Shown: positions 39,308 to 49,972 of the stretch, piece by piece
How the letters are laid out: each line of letters starts with the position of its first letter
Numbering within the stretch: position 1 is the first letter of the stretch
Assembly: GCA_016840085.1 (NCBI GenBank)
Contig: JAEOTA010000018.1
Location: 96,001 to 160,000, forward strand
DNA: 64,000 nucleotides
Origin: Promethearchaeota archaeon
GTDB taxonomy: Archaea > Asgardarchaeota > Lokiarchaeia > Sigyniarchaeales > SOKP01
Reading direction: 5' to 3'
The notes under the pieces: model-generated
What the model saw: the letters and a program-made list of their open reading frames with translations, nothing else
Databases searched by the model: none
What the model was told of the DNA's origin: nothing
Position numbers and translations under genes: made by a program

Positions 39308-40219
39308 ATGGAATTAAATGGTGTTGAGATTGAAGATACATTCTGTGAAGCTTTTGGGGCATTTTTTACAAGAATAGTAGTAACAGCAAAAAATGAGAAA
39401 TGGGCTACCATAGTTGCCCAGGAAGCAACGGGTTATGGTACATCAACAATAGGCTGCGATGCTGAAGCTGGAATTGATATGTTTTTACCTTCGCAAAATA
39501 CCCCTGATAACCGTCCAGGTGTAGTTTTAATGTTTTTTAAAAACAAAAAAGATGAGATGAGTCTAGTTTTAACCCATCGAATTGGTGAATGTATTCTAAC
39601 TTGTCCTACAACTGCATGTTTTGATGCTTTAAGTGATTCTCTTGATTCTTCCAAGGAATTTGAAATAAAAACTGGTAATAATTTAAAATTTTTTGGTGAT
39701 GGATTCCAAGAAAAAATTGAGGGGGCTTATCAGTTTCCAAGTTGGAAAATTCCTATTATGAGTGGAGAATTTATAATACAAGATTCATTCAAAGTTGGGA
39801 AAGGAATAGCCGGGGGTAATTTTTTAATAATTGGAAAAGACCACGATTCTACCCTAGAAGCTGCTGAGAAAGCAATTGAGGCAATAAAAGAGATAGAGAA
39901 CGTTATTACTCCTTTTCCTGGAGGAATTGTATCATCAGGATCTAAAGTTGGTTCAAAATATGATTTTATGCGGGCTTCTACCAATCAAGCATATTGTCCA
40001 ACATTGAAAACTAAAGTAGAAGATTCTGAATTAAGAGATGGAGATAATTGCGTTTATGAAATTGTACTTGATGGGGCTACTGAAGAGGCTATTAAGAAAG
40101 CAATGAAATTAGGGATTCAAGCAGCTGTAAAAGTCCCAGGCGTAAATCGAATCACAGCAGGTAATTATGGGGGAAACCTAGGTAAATATCAATACAAACT
40201 TTATGATATTCTAGGATAA
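39308..40219 (+). CDS. ftr: Formylmethanofuran:H4MPT formyltransferase
   Basis: NGVEIEDTFCEAF, IGCDAEAG, TPDNRPG, GIAGGN, PFPGGIVSSGSKVGS, AGNYGGNLG. Confidence 0.95.
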   Translation: MELNGVEIEDTFCEAFGAFFTRIVVTAKNEKWATIVAQEATGYGTSTIGCDAEAGIDMFLPSQNTPDNRPGVVLMFFKNKKDEMSLVLTHRIGECILTCPTTACFDALSDSLDSSKEFEIKTGNNLKFFGDGFQEKIEGAYQFPSWKIPIMSGEFIIQDSFKVGKGIAGGNFLIIGKDHDSTLEAAEKAIEAIKEIENVITPFPGGIVSSGSKVGSKYDFMRASTNQAYCPTLKTKVEDSELRDGDNCVYEIVLDGATEEAIKKAMKLGIQAAVKVPGVNRITAGNYGGNLGKYQYKLYDILG

Positions 40220-40272
40220 ATATTGAATTATTGGAATTAACATTAAAGAAAAAGATATCTATTTCTCTTTTA

Positions 40273-41976
40273 TTACAATTTCCTTTTTATTTTTCGCTTA
40301 GGAATTTTTTCTTTTTCCTCTTTTTCTTCCAACTCTTTAGTTTCTTCTTTCTCAATTTCTTCTTTAACTTGTTTTTGCTTTTCTTTTTTCTTAATTGTAG
40401 ACTTTTTAGTAGTTTCTTTTGTCTTTTTGGGCTTGATTTCTTCAGATTTTATGAATTTCGACTTGAAATATTTATATATTATCCCTATGCTAGCAACAAT
40501 TCCTAAAAGTAATCCTATTGAAAAAGTAATCCAAGGTGTATAAGGGCTTATAACATCTGGGATAATCCTTATCGCTTGAGGTGCCATATCATAATCATCA
40601 ATAAGACTTGTGATAGCGCCATCAGAATCAATGACATATATATAAACATACCAAATCCCAGATATTAAATCAACAGTCCGTATTGTAATTTTTGTATCAT
40701 TAACATTATAGGCGCGTGTAATGTTAAACCATTTATTCTTTGCTCCTAGAAGCGCAACTTTAATGAATGCTATTCCTTCTATATCAGATACGTTAAAAGT
40801 GAATATTAAATCTTTACCGTACAATAATGAGATACTTTCATTCCTAGAAAGCCCATTGATTTTATAACTATGTATCTTAGGCATATTATTTTTTACTGTA
40901 AGAAACGTTAAAAATGAACTAGATCCTCCCTTTGGATCTTCTGCGCTAATATTGACATTATGTCTCCCTAAGGCAAAATCCGCAGGGATTGAAAAAGTAC
41001 CTTTATATGTTTCATTCTCTCGATGACTTAATGATACTAAAGGAAGAGTTCTACCAGTTGGATCTTCAATAGTAGTGGATATTGATAAACTTTCAGGTTT
41101 ACTTTCAATATCAGTTACATTTAGTGAAATAGTACACTCTTCAGTTCTATAGACTATTTCTGGAGAGAACTCAATCGACTCTCTTATTATATTAGGATTG
41201 GAGTTAAAAATCTTAAAAGGAAAGTATGTTGCATATTTTTTTCCAGAAATGTCTGAAATATTTACTTTTATATAATAAATCTCATTTACTTGGCCGAAAG
41301 TCTCATTATTAATCTCAAAAGCAAATTGGAAAAGATTTCTTTCAAGATTAAAAAGATTTTTCTGTGTTGATTCATTCACGCTGTCTACAATAGTTATATT
41401 CCACCAGCGAAAATCATCATGACCACTGATATTAAGTAATACTAATTCTGCATATAAAGTATCCCCGATATAATATTCTGTGCTATTAAAATTCATCATA
41501 TAATTTGAACGAATAGTAAAATTAGAATAAGTTGTATGAGCATTTAAAAGTATATTGGTTTCATTAAAAATATAGAAACTTACATTTTGTAATCCTAAGG
41601 GAGCATTATATTCTGGTGTATATTCAACGTAGAATATATCATTACCAGCAGAAACCGTAGTGAAATTTTTAACAGTTCCATTAGTAAAAGAGATTTCCGT
41701 AAATGTGTAATTTGCATCTTTATATCCTGATGCATTAACCGTGATATTAATTGCTTCAAACAAACGATATACCTTGGATCTAGTTAGAATTATGGATGAA
41801 TAATTTAAAGAAGGTTCAGCTAATTTTGGGGTTTTATAATTCTCATTTTCTATATTATAATTTTCTTTATGAAGATCACTAGGTGTTTCAGTCATAATTG
41901 ATAGAACACTCGAGAAAATGCTAAATATTAAAAAAAAAGTAATAATTAACCTTATATATTGCCTATTCTTCATCAT
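40273..41976 (-). CDS. Membrane-anchored surface protein with beta-rich (Ig-like) repeats
   Basis: N-terminal hydrophobic signal; repeats such as ISLNVTDIE and FTFNVSDIEG; many NxS/T sequons; C-terminal TM and K/E-rich tail. Confidence 0.7.
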   Translation of the reverse strand: MMKNRQYIRLIITFFLIFSIFSSVLSIMTETPSDLHKENYNIENENYKTPKLAEPSLNYSSIILTRSKVYRLFEAINITVNASGYKDANYTFTEISFTNGTVKNFTTVSAGNDIFYVEYTPEYNAPLGLQNVSFYIFNETNILLNAHTTYSNFTIRSNYMMNFNSTEYYIGDTLYAELVLLNISGHDDFRWWNITIVDSVNESTQKNLFNLERNLFQFAFEINNETFGQVNEIYYIKVNISDISGKKYATYFPFKIFNSNPNIIRESIEFSPEIVYRTEECTISLNVTDIESKPESLSISTTIEDPTGRTLPLVSLSHRENETYKGTFSIPADFALGRHNVNISAEDPKGGSSSFLTFLTVKNNMPKIHSYKINGLSRNESISLLYGKDLIFTFNVSDIEGIAFIKVALLGAKNKWFNITRAYNVNDTKITIRTVDLISGIWYVYIYVIDSDGAITSLIDDYDMAPQAIRIIPDVISPYTPWITFSIGLLLGIVASIGIIYKYFKSKFIKSEEIKPKKTKETTKKSTIKKKEKQKQVKEEIEKEETKELEEKEEKEKIPKRKIKRKL

Positions 41977-41979
41977 CTC

Positions 41980-44838
41980 TCATCTTGTCAATTTTTTATG
42001 CTTTATTTCTTTATTTACAAAATATAATATGATACCAATTGGTATTATGCTAGGAAGTAAATAAAAGATGATTAAATTAAAAATAGATAACTCCAAGTCT
42101 ACTTCAAAATAAAATTGGGCAATAACTCCTTCAGAGCTATCTTTTAATTCAACTTTATATATTTTTGTCCCAAATTCATAAGGATTGATGGTAGGTGTAA
42201 TTTTTTTTACAAGTCTATTTTCTCCATAAACAAATTCGTCTATATTGGTCTCTACTGGTTTACTATTGATATATAATGAAAAATTTTCAGGACTTTCTTT
42301 ATTATATTGTACTAAAATGATTAGATAAGCTGAAGCTCCTTGAGAAATTGCATTCGGAAATGAAACACTTATTATTTCGAATTTAGGTATTAGTTCTATA
42401 GTGAGAATTTCACTGTAATATACTGTTACGTTCTGTAAAATATTCATTTCAATTTCGAATGTATCATTTTTTACATTTTCAAGTGTTTTAAGAAAGAAAG
42501 ATACTGTTTTAATTTCGTTCTCTAGTAAAGTCTCTTCCTTAATATAGGGCTCAATTACACCAGGTTTTGTACCTGAAAAACTCACGTTTAATGACTGAGT
42601 AGCATTTGGTAAAAAGTTAATTAAATCAAATGAAACATAAATATTATCTCCACTAACAACTCTACTTTCATATACTAAATTTTCGTAATCAAATGAATAA
42701 CCAATTTCTATAACTTTCCTAACATTTAGATAAAGTACATTTCCTTTCTTGATCTTAAAAAATATTTCACTAGAGCCTGGAATAGCTCCCACTTTAGCAG
42801 TTAGATTGAAATAGATTGTAATTTCTTCTAAAGAAGTGAAATAAATTTCTTGTGAAGGGGACGTTATTATATCTTCCCCCTCTAAATATGCTGTTAAGGT
42901 GAGATTATCTTTTCGTGTATAATTTACCGTAAGAGACACATTTACTTCTGGTCCTTGGTATATAATACTGCCTAAGCCCTCAATTGTTTTATTTATAACT
43001 CCAGATATGACATTGAAGCGTTTTAAGTTTTCAGCCATACCAAAATATGATTTGTTAGCCCAAATATATAGAGAATAACCATCTCCTATTGGTAAAGTTT
43101 CCTCAATATCATAAATGAATGTATGATTAGTAGCAGGACTAGTTATTTGATGCTCAAACATATTTAAATAAGTTCCATTTGGATATTTCAAAATGTAATT
43201 TATGGAAGCATCTGTTATATTATAACTTACTGTAAACGGTACATAAGAATTATCAGAACGATTGAAATAATAATCTCTATTTATGAATGAATAAGTTGAT
43301 GTTAAATTCAGAACATCTTGATTAAATATATAATTTGGAATTTCCTTAGATATATTATATTCTGAGATGAGAACCATACTACTATAAATTTCAGCAGCTT
43401 TTAAGAATGTTTCGCATAATTTCAAATTTGAATTAAAGTTTTTATTACCATCAGTTTGGGAAAAGTTATATGCCCCATTTATACTATCGAAAAAATGATT
43501 ATCAATTGATTTTGAAACATTAATAGCTCTCTCATAATAAGTAAAATTACCTGTAACCTCGAATAGTTTTAAAGATGCACTCATCATCATTGCATTTGCT
43601 TTAAGGTCAAAATCCTTATCGATTAAATCCTGATCAATCCAATCAGGGTCTGAAGAATAATTATAATATAATTTCACAGTATCATTCCACAAATAAGTAT
43701 CAAGAGTATTATATATTTCAACTGCTTTGTCATAATAAGTAGAAGTTTCATTCATACCTGTTTCGATCCAATATTCTAATAATGTAATTATTCCTAAAGC
43801 ATTTACACTTAAATGATATTCTTTTTGTCCACTTCCATCTGTAGTCCAATCTTCATCAGCATTATGATAAAAAGCTCCACTACCCCACATATTGTAGGGT
43901 GTTCCCAATAATAGGGCGTCCATTGTTTGATTTGCTAATTCATATACTCTTTCTTTTATATTGTTATCATCATCCAAATCGAATTGTTCATAAACTCTAT
44001 GAATTAGCAAATTTGCTAAAATACTATACAAATTGCTTTCTGTATATTTTTGGGTAGTTGAATTATGGTGATAAAATCCTTTATAATGAGTGGGGAACCT
44101 ATCATCCCAAAACTCAGATGAGTTTATTAACGAGAACATCTCTTCAATTGAAATCTTTGGCGTTGTATTATTTATTGAGATATCTTCAATATTATCACCA
44201 ATATTTTCAATCAATAAGAAAATTGGTAGTAGATTGTCAATAAGATATCTATTATTATCTTTTACTTCACCTGTGCTATTATCAATTGATCTTACAAATC
44301 CATATTTGAATTGAGCAATATCATCTTTATACCATAAAGGAGTTGATTTTAAATCTAAATATATATCAAATGTTTCAGTTTGGCTAATTTCTGTTTTCAT
44401 CAATGTTTTATAGAGAAGTAGATTATCTTCGGCATAAATTGTATCATCTGTTATGGTTCCATTAACATCCCCATATCTATAATATGTGAAAATATTAAGA
44501 TCTAAACTAGATTTATAATTATCATCAAAAAATTGACGCATCAGATCTATATTCTTAGTAAAAGGGATTTGAAGCATTGATGTATCTGTTGAAGGGATAG
44601 GATTATTCTGATTAAATTCAGACGTATTTTCGTTTTCATTATTTAACTGGTCATTAGAATCATTTATTTGGTTAAAAGAATCACTAATATAGAGAAAATT
44701 CAGAAAAATTATTAGAATGAAAAATAAACATAGTAAAATCTTTAAGTATTGGCTTTTTTGCCTTTTTTTTTCCCCAAGAGCTGCAAAATTAAAAAATCTC
44801 ATTTTAGCTTGAATAAGACTATTAATATATTGTATCAA
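41980..44838 (-). CDS. Membrane-anchored surface protein with six-hairpin glycosidase-like (GH76/AGE-like) domain and Ig-like domains
   Basis: Signal anchor; SVNALGIITLLEYWIETG...YYDKA and KANAMMMSASLKLFEVTGNFTYYERA helical-hairpin repeats; C-terminal TM. Confidence 0.6.
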   Translation of the reverse strand: MIQYINSLIQAKMRFFNFAALGEKKRQKSQYLKILLCLFFILIIFLNFLYISDSFNQINDSNDQLNNENENTSEFNQNNPIPSTDTSMLQIPFTKNIDLMRQFFDDNYKSSLDLNIFTYYRYGDVNGTITDDTIYAEDNLLLYKTLMKTEISQTETFDIYLDLKSTPLWYKDDIAQFKYGFVRSIDNSTGEVKDNNRYLIDNLLPIFLLIENIGDNIEDISINNTTPKISIEEMFSLINSSEFWDDRFPTHYKGFYHHNSTTQKYTESNLYSILANLLIHRVYEQFDLDDDNNIKERVYELANQTMDALLLGTPYNMWGSGAFYHNADEDWTTDGSGQKEYHLSVNALGIITLLEYWIETGMNETSTYYDKAVEIYNTLDTYLWNDTVKLYYNYSSDPDWIDQDLIDKDFDLKANAMMMSASLKLFEVTGNFTYYERAINVSKSIDNHFFDSINGAYNFSQTDGNKNFNSNLKLCETFLKAAEIYSSMVLISEYNISKEIPNYIFNQDVLNLTSTYSFINRDYYFNRSDNSYVPFTVSYNITDASINYILKYPNGTYLNMFEHQITSPATNHTFIYDIEETLPIGDGYSLYIWANKSYFGMAENLKRFNVISGVINKTIEGLGSIIYQGPEVNVSLTVNYTRKDNLTLTAYLEGEDIITSPSQEIYFTSLEEITIYFNLTAKVGAIPGSSEIFFKIKKGNVLYLNVRKVIEIGYSFDYENLVYESRVVSGDNIYVSFDLINFLPNATQSLNVSFSGTKPGVIEPYIKEETLLENEIKTVSFFLKTLENVKNDTFEIEMNILQNVTVYYSEILTIELIPKFEIISVSFPNAISQGASAYLIILVQYNKESPENFSLYINSKPVETNIDEFVYGENRLVKKITPTINPYEFGTKIYKVELKDSSEGVIAQFYFEVDLELSIFNLIIFYLLPSIIPIGIILYFVNKEIKHKKLTR

Positions 44839-44914
44839 AAGTTTTATTTTAGAATTATATTTTTAAAAAATCCTTCTCTTTAAAATTTTTTTAGAAGGTA
44901 GCTCAAAAAACATA

Positions 44915-46432
44915 TTATTTAGTAAAATTGATATTATTATGTTCTTCTTGCTTCTTTTTAATAATTTCAGAAAGATCTGAGATTTTTACTCTCATCTGTT
45001 CCATTGAATCACGGTCTCTAATTGTTACCGTATTATCTTCTATAGAATCATAATCGATTGTAATGCAATATGGAGTTCCCAGTTCGTCTTGCCTTCGATA
45101 TCGTTTTCCTATAGAACCTGTTGCATCAAAGAAGGAACCAATACGATTTTCCAATAATTCTCGATGCACCTTTAAAGCTAATTTTCTTATGTTTTCTTTA
45201 TTTCTAACGAGGGGAAATACTGCCACAGTATTTGGTGCTAAATTTGGATTTATCTTTAGAATTAATCTTCCCTCTTCAACATTAAAAGTAGATTCGAGTA
45301 AAGTATAAATAATTCTATCGATCCCAAACGCGATTTCAAGAACTTGGGGTATTTCCTTTACGGTCGGGTCGACACCCATACTTACTTCAAAATTTTGTTT
45401 TGAATATTCGGCATGTCTTTTCAAGTCATAATCAGTCCTATCATGTATCCCACATATCTCAACCCATCCATATTGCATTGTTTTAATTTCTAAATCCCAC
45501 GCATCATCAGCATAATGAGCTCGTTCATTAAGAGAATGCTGCCTAAATCGAATTAATTCTTCAGGAATACCTAAAATTTTTGTAAGATAATAAGACACAT
45601 AAAGACAATATGCATAAGCAGGTTTTTTAAGAATTTTATCTATGATAGCTTTTTCAAGAGAAATAAGATTTGGCTTGTTAATACCATTTTCTTGGAGTTT
45701 CCAATCTAAAAGTGGTAATGCATTATTCTTTACTTCTTCGTAATCTTCATATTCCATTTCTTGTTCTCTACTGATAAATATTTGAAGTTCGAATTGATCA
45801 AATGACCTCATTCGGAGAACTCCTTGTCTAGGTGAGATTTCATTTCTATAAGCTTTACCATATTGGTAAATTTTGATAGGATATTGCCTACGCGCATCTT
45901 GATCCAAGCGATTGAAAAGTAAATATGTAGTTGTTGCTGTTTCAGGGCGTAAATAAGCAATAACATTATTTCCCACAGAGGTTTTCAACATCAAATTATA
46001 TTCTTCAATTTTTTGCATACTATTTCCGCATTTGGGGCAAATTAATTTATGTTTTTTAATTAGTTTCTCCATTTCCTCAAATGACAAACCATCAACCATA
46101 AGATCAGGAAGATTTTCTTGAAGAAATTTATCTGCTCGATATAATGTATTGCATTTAATACACCTCATTACTGGATCAATAAATCTTTCTAAGTGCCCTG
46201 AAGCTTCCCAAACGATACTTGGCATGATTGTAGGGCACTCAACCTCTCCAAATCCAAAATATCGACATTCTTTTCTAAATAGAGCTAAGATATTATTTTT
46301 AAGTGCCATCCCTGCTGGACCATAGGAATAGAAACCTGCAAATCCTCCATAAATCTCTGGAGAAGGTCCCCACACGAATCCTCGGCGTTTTAGTAATGAA
46401 TTAAACGTATCAATGCTATTCTCGATTTTCAT
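44915..46432 (-). CDS. glyS: Glycine--tRNA ligase (alpha2 type)
   Basis: RRGF..PSPEIYGG, ASGH, LRPETA, AYRNEISPRQG..R.RSF.Q.E, anticodon domain GSIGKRYRRQDELGTP. Confidence 0.96.
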   Translation of the reverse strand: MKIENSIDTFNSLLKRRGFVWGPSPEIYGGFAGFYSYGPAGMALKNNILALFRKECRYFGFGEVECPTIMPSIVWEASGHLERFIDPVMRCIKCNTLYRADKFLQENLPDLMVDGLSFEEMEKLIKKHKLICPKCGNSMQKIEEYNLMLKTSVGNNVIAYLRPETATTTYLLFNRLDQDARRQYPIKIYQYGKAYRNEISPRQGVLRMRSFDQFELQIFISREQEMEYEDYEEVKNNALPLLDWKLQENGINKPNLISLEKAIIDKILKKPAYAYCLYVSYYLTKILGIPEELIRFRQHSLNERAHYADDAWDLEIKTMQYGWVEICGIHDRTDYDLKRHAEYSKQNFEVSMGVDPTVKEIPQVLEIAFGIDRIIYTLLESTFNVEEGRLILKINPNLAPNTVAVFPLVRNKENIRKLALKVHRELLENRIGSFFDATGSIGKRYRRQDELGTPYCITIDYDSIEDNTVTIRDRDSMEQMRVKISDLSEIIKKKQEEHNNINFTK

Positions 46433-46557
46433 ATAGATTTTAAAAGTAATTGATAATATTTGTATTTTAAGAATTACTCAAATTGAAATAAATTTTTATA
46501 CAACTAAAAGATAATAATATTATATTTTTTTAAAGTTAAAAAAAAAATTGATGAGAT

Positions 46558-47409
46558 ATGTTATTCCAAGAAACTCCATTTAGCCAATTTAACGTATGGG
46601 ATTTAATAGAATCTGGTCTATACTTCATCATTGCTGGATATTTCGCTTTATTGTTTTTCTATTTCCTTTTCATAAGATTTCGAACTTCTAAAAAGCTATA
46701 TTGGTTATATTTTAGTGTGTTATTTTTATGTTTAGGAATTGGACGCGTATTTTTCATTGTATATTACTTTTATGCTCCAGAATTATACACTGGTACAAAT
46801 GATGTTGAAGTCGTATCTTTCCTGATGTTTAACTATCGCATGGCTACATTTTTTACGTGGATTGGAATTGCATGTGCTGTGGGAGTTTTAGGGATATTAC
46901 TTTTTCCTCCTGATACAGAAATAGAAAAAACTGGTAAATCACTTAAAGAATGGTTTAGAAATAAAAATAATATTAAATTATTAATTCGATTAGGACTTAT
47001 AACGATTCCAGTAATTATTGGAATACTTGCATTAACATTGTCAGATGGTTATTTCATTGATCCTGATTTCTTGGAGACTTACAATATTACTATAGAACCA
47101 ATAACAGTAAGAATTGGAGGATGGGAATATCCTATTGGTAGGCTTCTTTTGAATTTTGTATTTTTACCAATATTTGTGGCAATTATTCCTTTTATCTTTA
47201 TTTACCTTGCCTGGAAAACTTTCGGTGTTTTAAGAAAATCTTATGCCTTGAATGCTATTGGATTCTTTCTCTATTTTATAGGCAGAATATCCCAAGGGGT
47301 TCTTGATATTGCGGGATTGCCACATTTTGATGCTATACTACCTCCACTGTTAATCTTATTGGCTCTCCTCCTTATGGTAATTGCCAATAACTATGAACAA
47401 CTAAAATAG
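46558..47409 (+). CDS. Seven-TM hypothetical membrane protein
   Basis: Seven hydrophobic segments and no cytoplasmic output domain. Confidence 0.65.
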   Translation: MLFQETPFSQFNVWDLIESGLYFIIAGYFALLFFYFLFIRFRTSKKLYWLYFSVLFLCLGIGRVFFIVYYFYAPELYTGTNDVEVVSFLMFNYRMATFFTWIGIACAVGVLGILLFPPDTEIEKTGKSLKEWFRNKNNIKLLIRLGLITIPVIIGILALTLSDGYFIDPDFLETYNITIEPITVRIGGWEYPIGRLLLNFVFLPIFVAIIPFIFIYLAWKTFGVLRKSYALNAIGFFLYFIGRISQGVLDIAGLPHFDAILPPLLILLALLLMVIANNYEQLK

Positions 47410-47596
47410 CGACAATTTCATTTTACTTTTTCATATTTTTGGGAAAACTCTTTTTTATTATTTACATAAATTTATTAGACAAAGATTTAGTATAGAATTC
47501 AATTTCAAAAAGATTAAAATTTTAAAACTGAATCTCTTTAAATTTAATATATTTAAATTAATATAAAATAAATAGAAAAAAAATAAAAGATAATTC

Positions 47597-49225
47597 ATGA
47601 CAGTCCATGGGAACCAATATTTATTACCTTTTTTTATTAATAAAGTCACAGGGCGCCCAACAATTCAAGGAAATGATGAACTATCTCTTTCATTTTATCT
47701 TTTAACAAAAGATTTAGGGAAAAATCATAAAATTATTTCTTTTTCAAGACTTCTTTGGCCAATCTTAAGCATCCAAGGAGTAATTAGTACTCATATAATG
47801 TTAGATGGATTAAATTTACTAAACAAAAAAGATAGACTCTCAAATCCACCACGACAACCTATGGTAGGTCATATTCTTAGAAATATTGAAAATAGGAATA
47901 AAATTGAACAATTGAATAAATTGATAGATGTATTAACATATAAAGACACTAAAGCTGAAGAAATAGGAGAAGGGGAAGAATCAGAATTTCAAACATTACA
48001 AATCAATGGTTTAATTTATCCTGGATTTCTTCAAGCATTAGTTAAGATAATTCCTTTAATTGAATATAACCCAATTTCTGATTATACTGTATTAGATACA
48101 TCCATTACTACTGAAATTGCTTTAAATATATCAGAAAGGTATCGCGAAATAATAAATACAATGAAAGGCAATGCATTAAGATGGAAAACTCAAATAGATT
48201 TAATAGAAAAAGAGGTATCAAAATGGCTAATAGATCTAAACGTTCAATTAAAAGATGTTGACTCTAGATATTCAAGTCAAATTACAAAAACTTCTTCAAC
48301 AATAGTTCCAAGTCAGGTTGATCAGCAATTAAAATTAGAACAAGATAAGGTTGATCAATGGAATGTTAATGAGAAAAAGATTATAATTGAGAACATAACA
48401 ACTCTATTTAAGACTTCTGAAAGGCATCTTGAAGAAATTATAAAAAAAAATAAATTTTTTACATCGGGGGATTCATTAAAAAGTAGAGTTTATGAAGATA
48501 TTATACCACATTTTGAAAATCATTTTGTTTATTTAAAAGAAGAAGTAATGAAGTTTTTAGAGTCTCTGGAATCATTAAATCAAAGATTCCTAGAATTAAA
48601 AGAGCGCGGATTGCAAATTGATGATGATACTAAAAGAAAATTGGAACAATATAGAGAATCTATTAAAGTGAAGCTACAGGACAGAGATAAATTATTAACT
48701 GAATTTGAAAGTGAAAAAAAATTACAAATCTCTGAATTATATTCTTTAAAAGAGCATATTGAAAGTTTATTTAATGAAATCAAAAATATCGTCCAAATAA
48801 AGCATAATACGTGTTTACAAGAAGCTCAACAGTTAATAGCATGGTCTCTAAATGATAATCAATCAGATTTATTTTCTAGACCTATACAATGGATTTATAT
48901 ACCTGTTTATGCGATATTTTTTGAAGATGAGAATAATTCTGAAGAATATATGCACGTGCTATTTCCTGGATACATTAATAATGACCCGAATGCGATATAT
49001 GAAGAAATTTCGGATCAATTCGTAGCTTTGAAAAATATGGTATATGAAAAACTTGAAAGTGATATGGCCACCAGGTCAAACTTTGAATTTTCTTGTGAAA
49101 GGAAAAATTTAATTAAAGATCCAAACTTTGCAAAGAGAATTCAAATAGGGCTTTCAAAATTAAGAGAAAATGCAATTTTAACTGATGACATTGAAAAAAA
49201 GGTAAGAGAATATATTAATTTATAA
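47597..49225 (+). CDS. Hypothetical protein with long central coiled coil
   Basis: Heptad-rich E/K/L/Q segment (about aa 175-420) flanked by globular regions (RLLWPIL; WIYIPVY). Confidence 0.7.
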   Translation: MTVHGNQYLLPFFINKVTGRPTIQGNDELSLSFYLLTKDLGKNHKIISFSRLLWPILSIQGVISTHIMLDGLNLLNKKDRLSNPPRQPMVGHILRNIENRNKIEQLNKLIDVLTYKDTKAEEIGEGEESEFQTLQINGLIYPGFLQALVKIIPLIEYNPISDYTVLDTSITTEIALNISERYREIINTMKGNALRWKTQIDLIEKEVSKWLIDLNVQLKDVDSRYSSQITKTSSTIVPSQVDQQLKLEQDKVDQWNVNEKKIIIENITTLFKTSERHLEEIIKKNKFFTSGDSLKSRVYEDIIPHFENHFVYLKEEVMKFLESLESLNQRFLELKERGLQIDDDTKRKLEQYRESIKVKLQDRDKLLTEFESEKKLQISELYSLKEHIESLFNEIKNIVQIKHNTCLQEAQQLIAWSLNDNQSDLFSRPIQWIYIPVYAIFFEDENNSEEYMHVLFPGYINNDPNAIYEEISDQFVALKNMVYEKLESDMATRSNFEFSCERKNLIKDPNFAKRIQIGLSKLRENAILTDDIEKKVREYINL

Positions 49226-49239
49226 TCTTAATCATTGTT

Positions 49240-49941
49240 TTGTTGCTTCTAAGTATGCCAAGTTCTAAAATAGAACGGAGAAAAAAGTTAGATATTAAAA
49301 AAAGGAAAATAAGAACTTTTTTTCTATCTATAGAAACTAAAAAGAAAAAAAAAGAAGTAATAGATAAAGCAACAGAAGAACTCTACCAGGATGGGATGAT
49401 CTATTACCAAATGAGATTACCTGTTGAAAAAATTACTAAAGAATTTGAAAACAAATTGAAAGAAAAAATCGAACATAATATAATTCAAGCGAAAATCAGA
49501 GAAGCTACTATAAAAGATCTCGACACTCTTAAAAATATATATAATAGGGCTTGGCTCACCAGTAACACCCCCTTCAGACCAATTAGTAAAACTGATCTTC
49601 AAAAAATCTTAGAATATTCTGATACCATTTTTTTAATAGCGAAAGTATATGGTGTAGATGCTGCATTTGTGCTCCTAGATTTTGAAGGCGAGAATAGAGA
49701 ATATGCAATAATAGCTGCTTTAGCTGTTATTCCTAGATTCCAGAGGCGTGGAGTAGGAACAATTTTAGGGGTAAATATATGGAATTATTTAAAACAAAAT
49801 TATAATAATGTTAAGGAAATTAGATGTGAAGTTTATAAAGACAATAATGTTTCATATGCTTTTATTAAAGGTATTGGTTTTGAAGAATATGATAAAAAGG
49901 TCTATAAGGTAGAAGATTTTGAGATAGAAAATAATCACTAA
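49240..49941 (+). CDS. GNAT family N-acetyltransferase
   Basis: IREAT..D, LAVIPRFQRRGVG, N..SY.F...IGF. Confidence 0.88.
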   Translation: MLLLSMPSSKIERRKKLDIKKRKIRTFFLSIETKKKKKEVIDKATEELYQDGMIYYQMRLPVEKITKEFENKLKEKIEHNIIQAKIREATIKDLDTLKNIYNRAWLTSNTPFRPISKTDLQKILEYSDTIFLIAKVYGVDAAFVLLDFEGENREYAIIAALAVIPRFQRRGVGTILGVNIWNYLKQNYNNVKEIRCEVYKDNNVSYAFIKGIGFEEYDKKVYKVEDFEIENNH

Positions 49942-49972
49942 TATGTAAATAAGATTTTAAGATATATTATTT

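Noticed and set aside
46558-47409. Rhodopsin
   Set aside because: There is no Schiff-base Lys in TM7.
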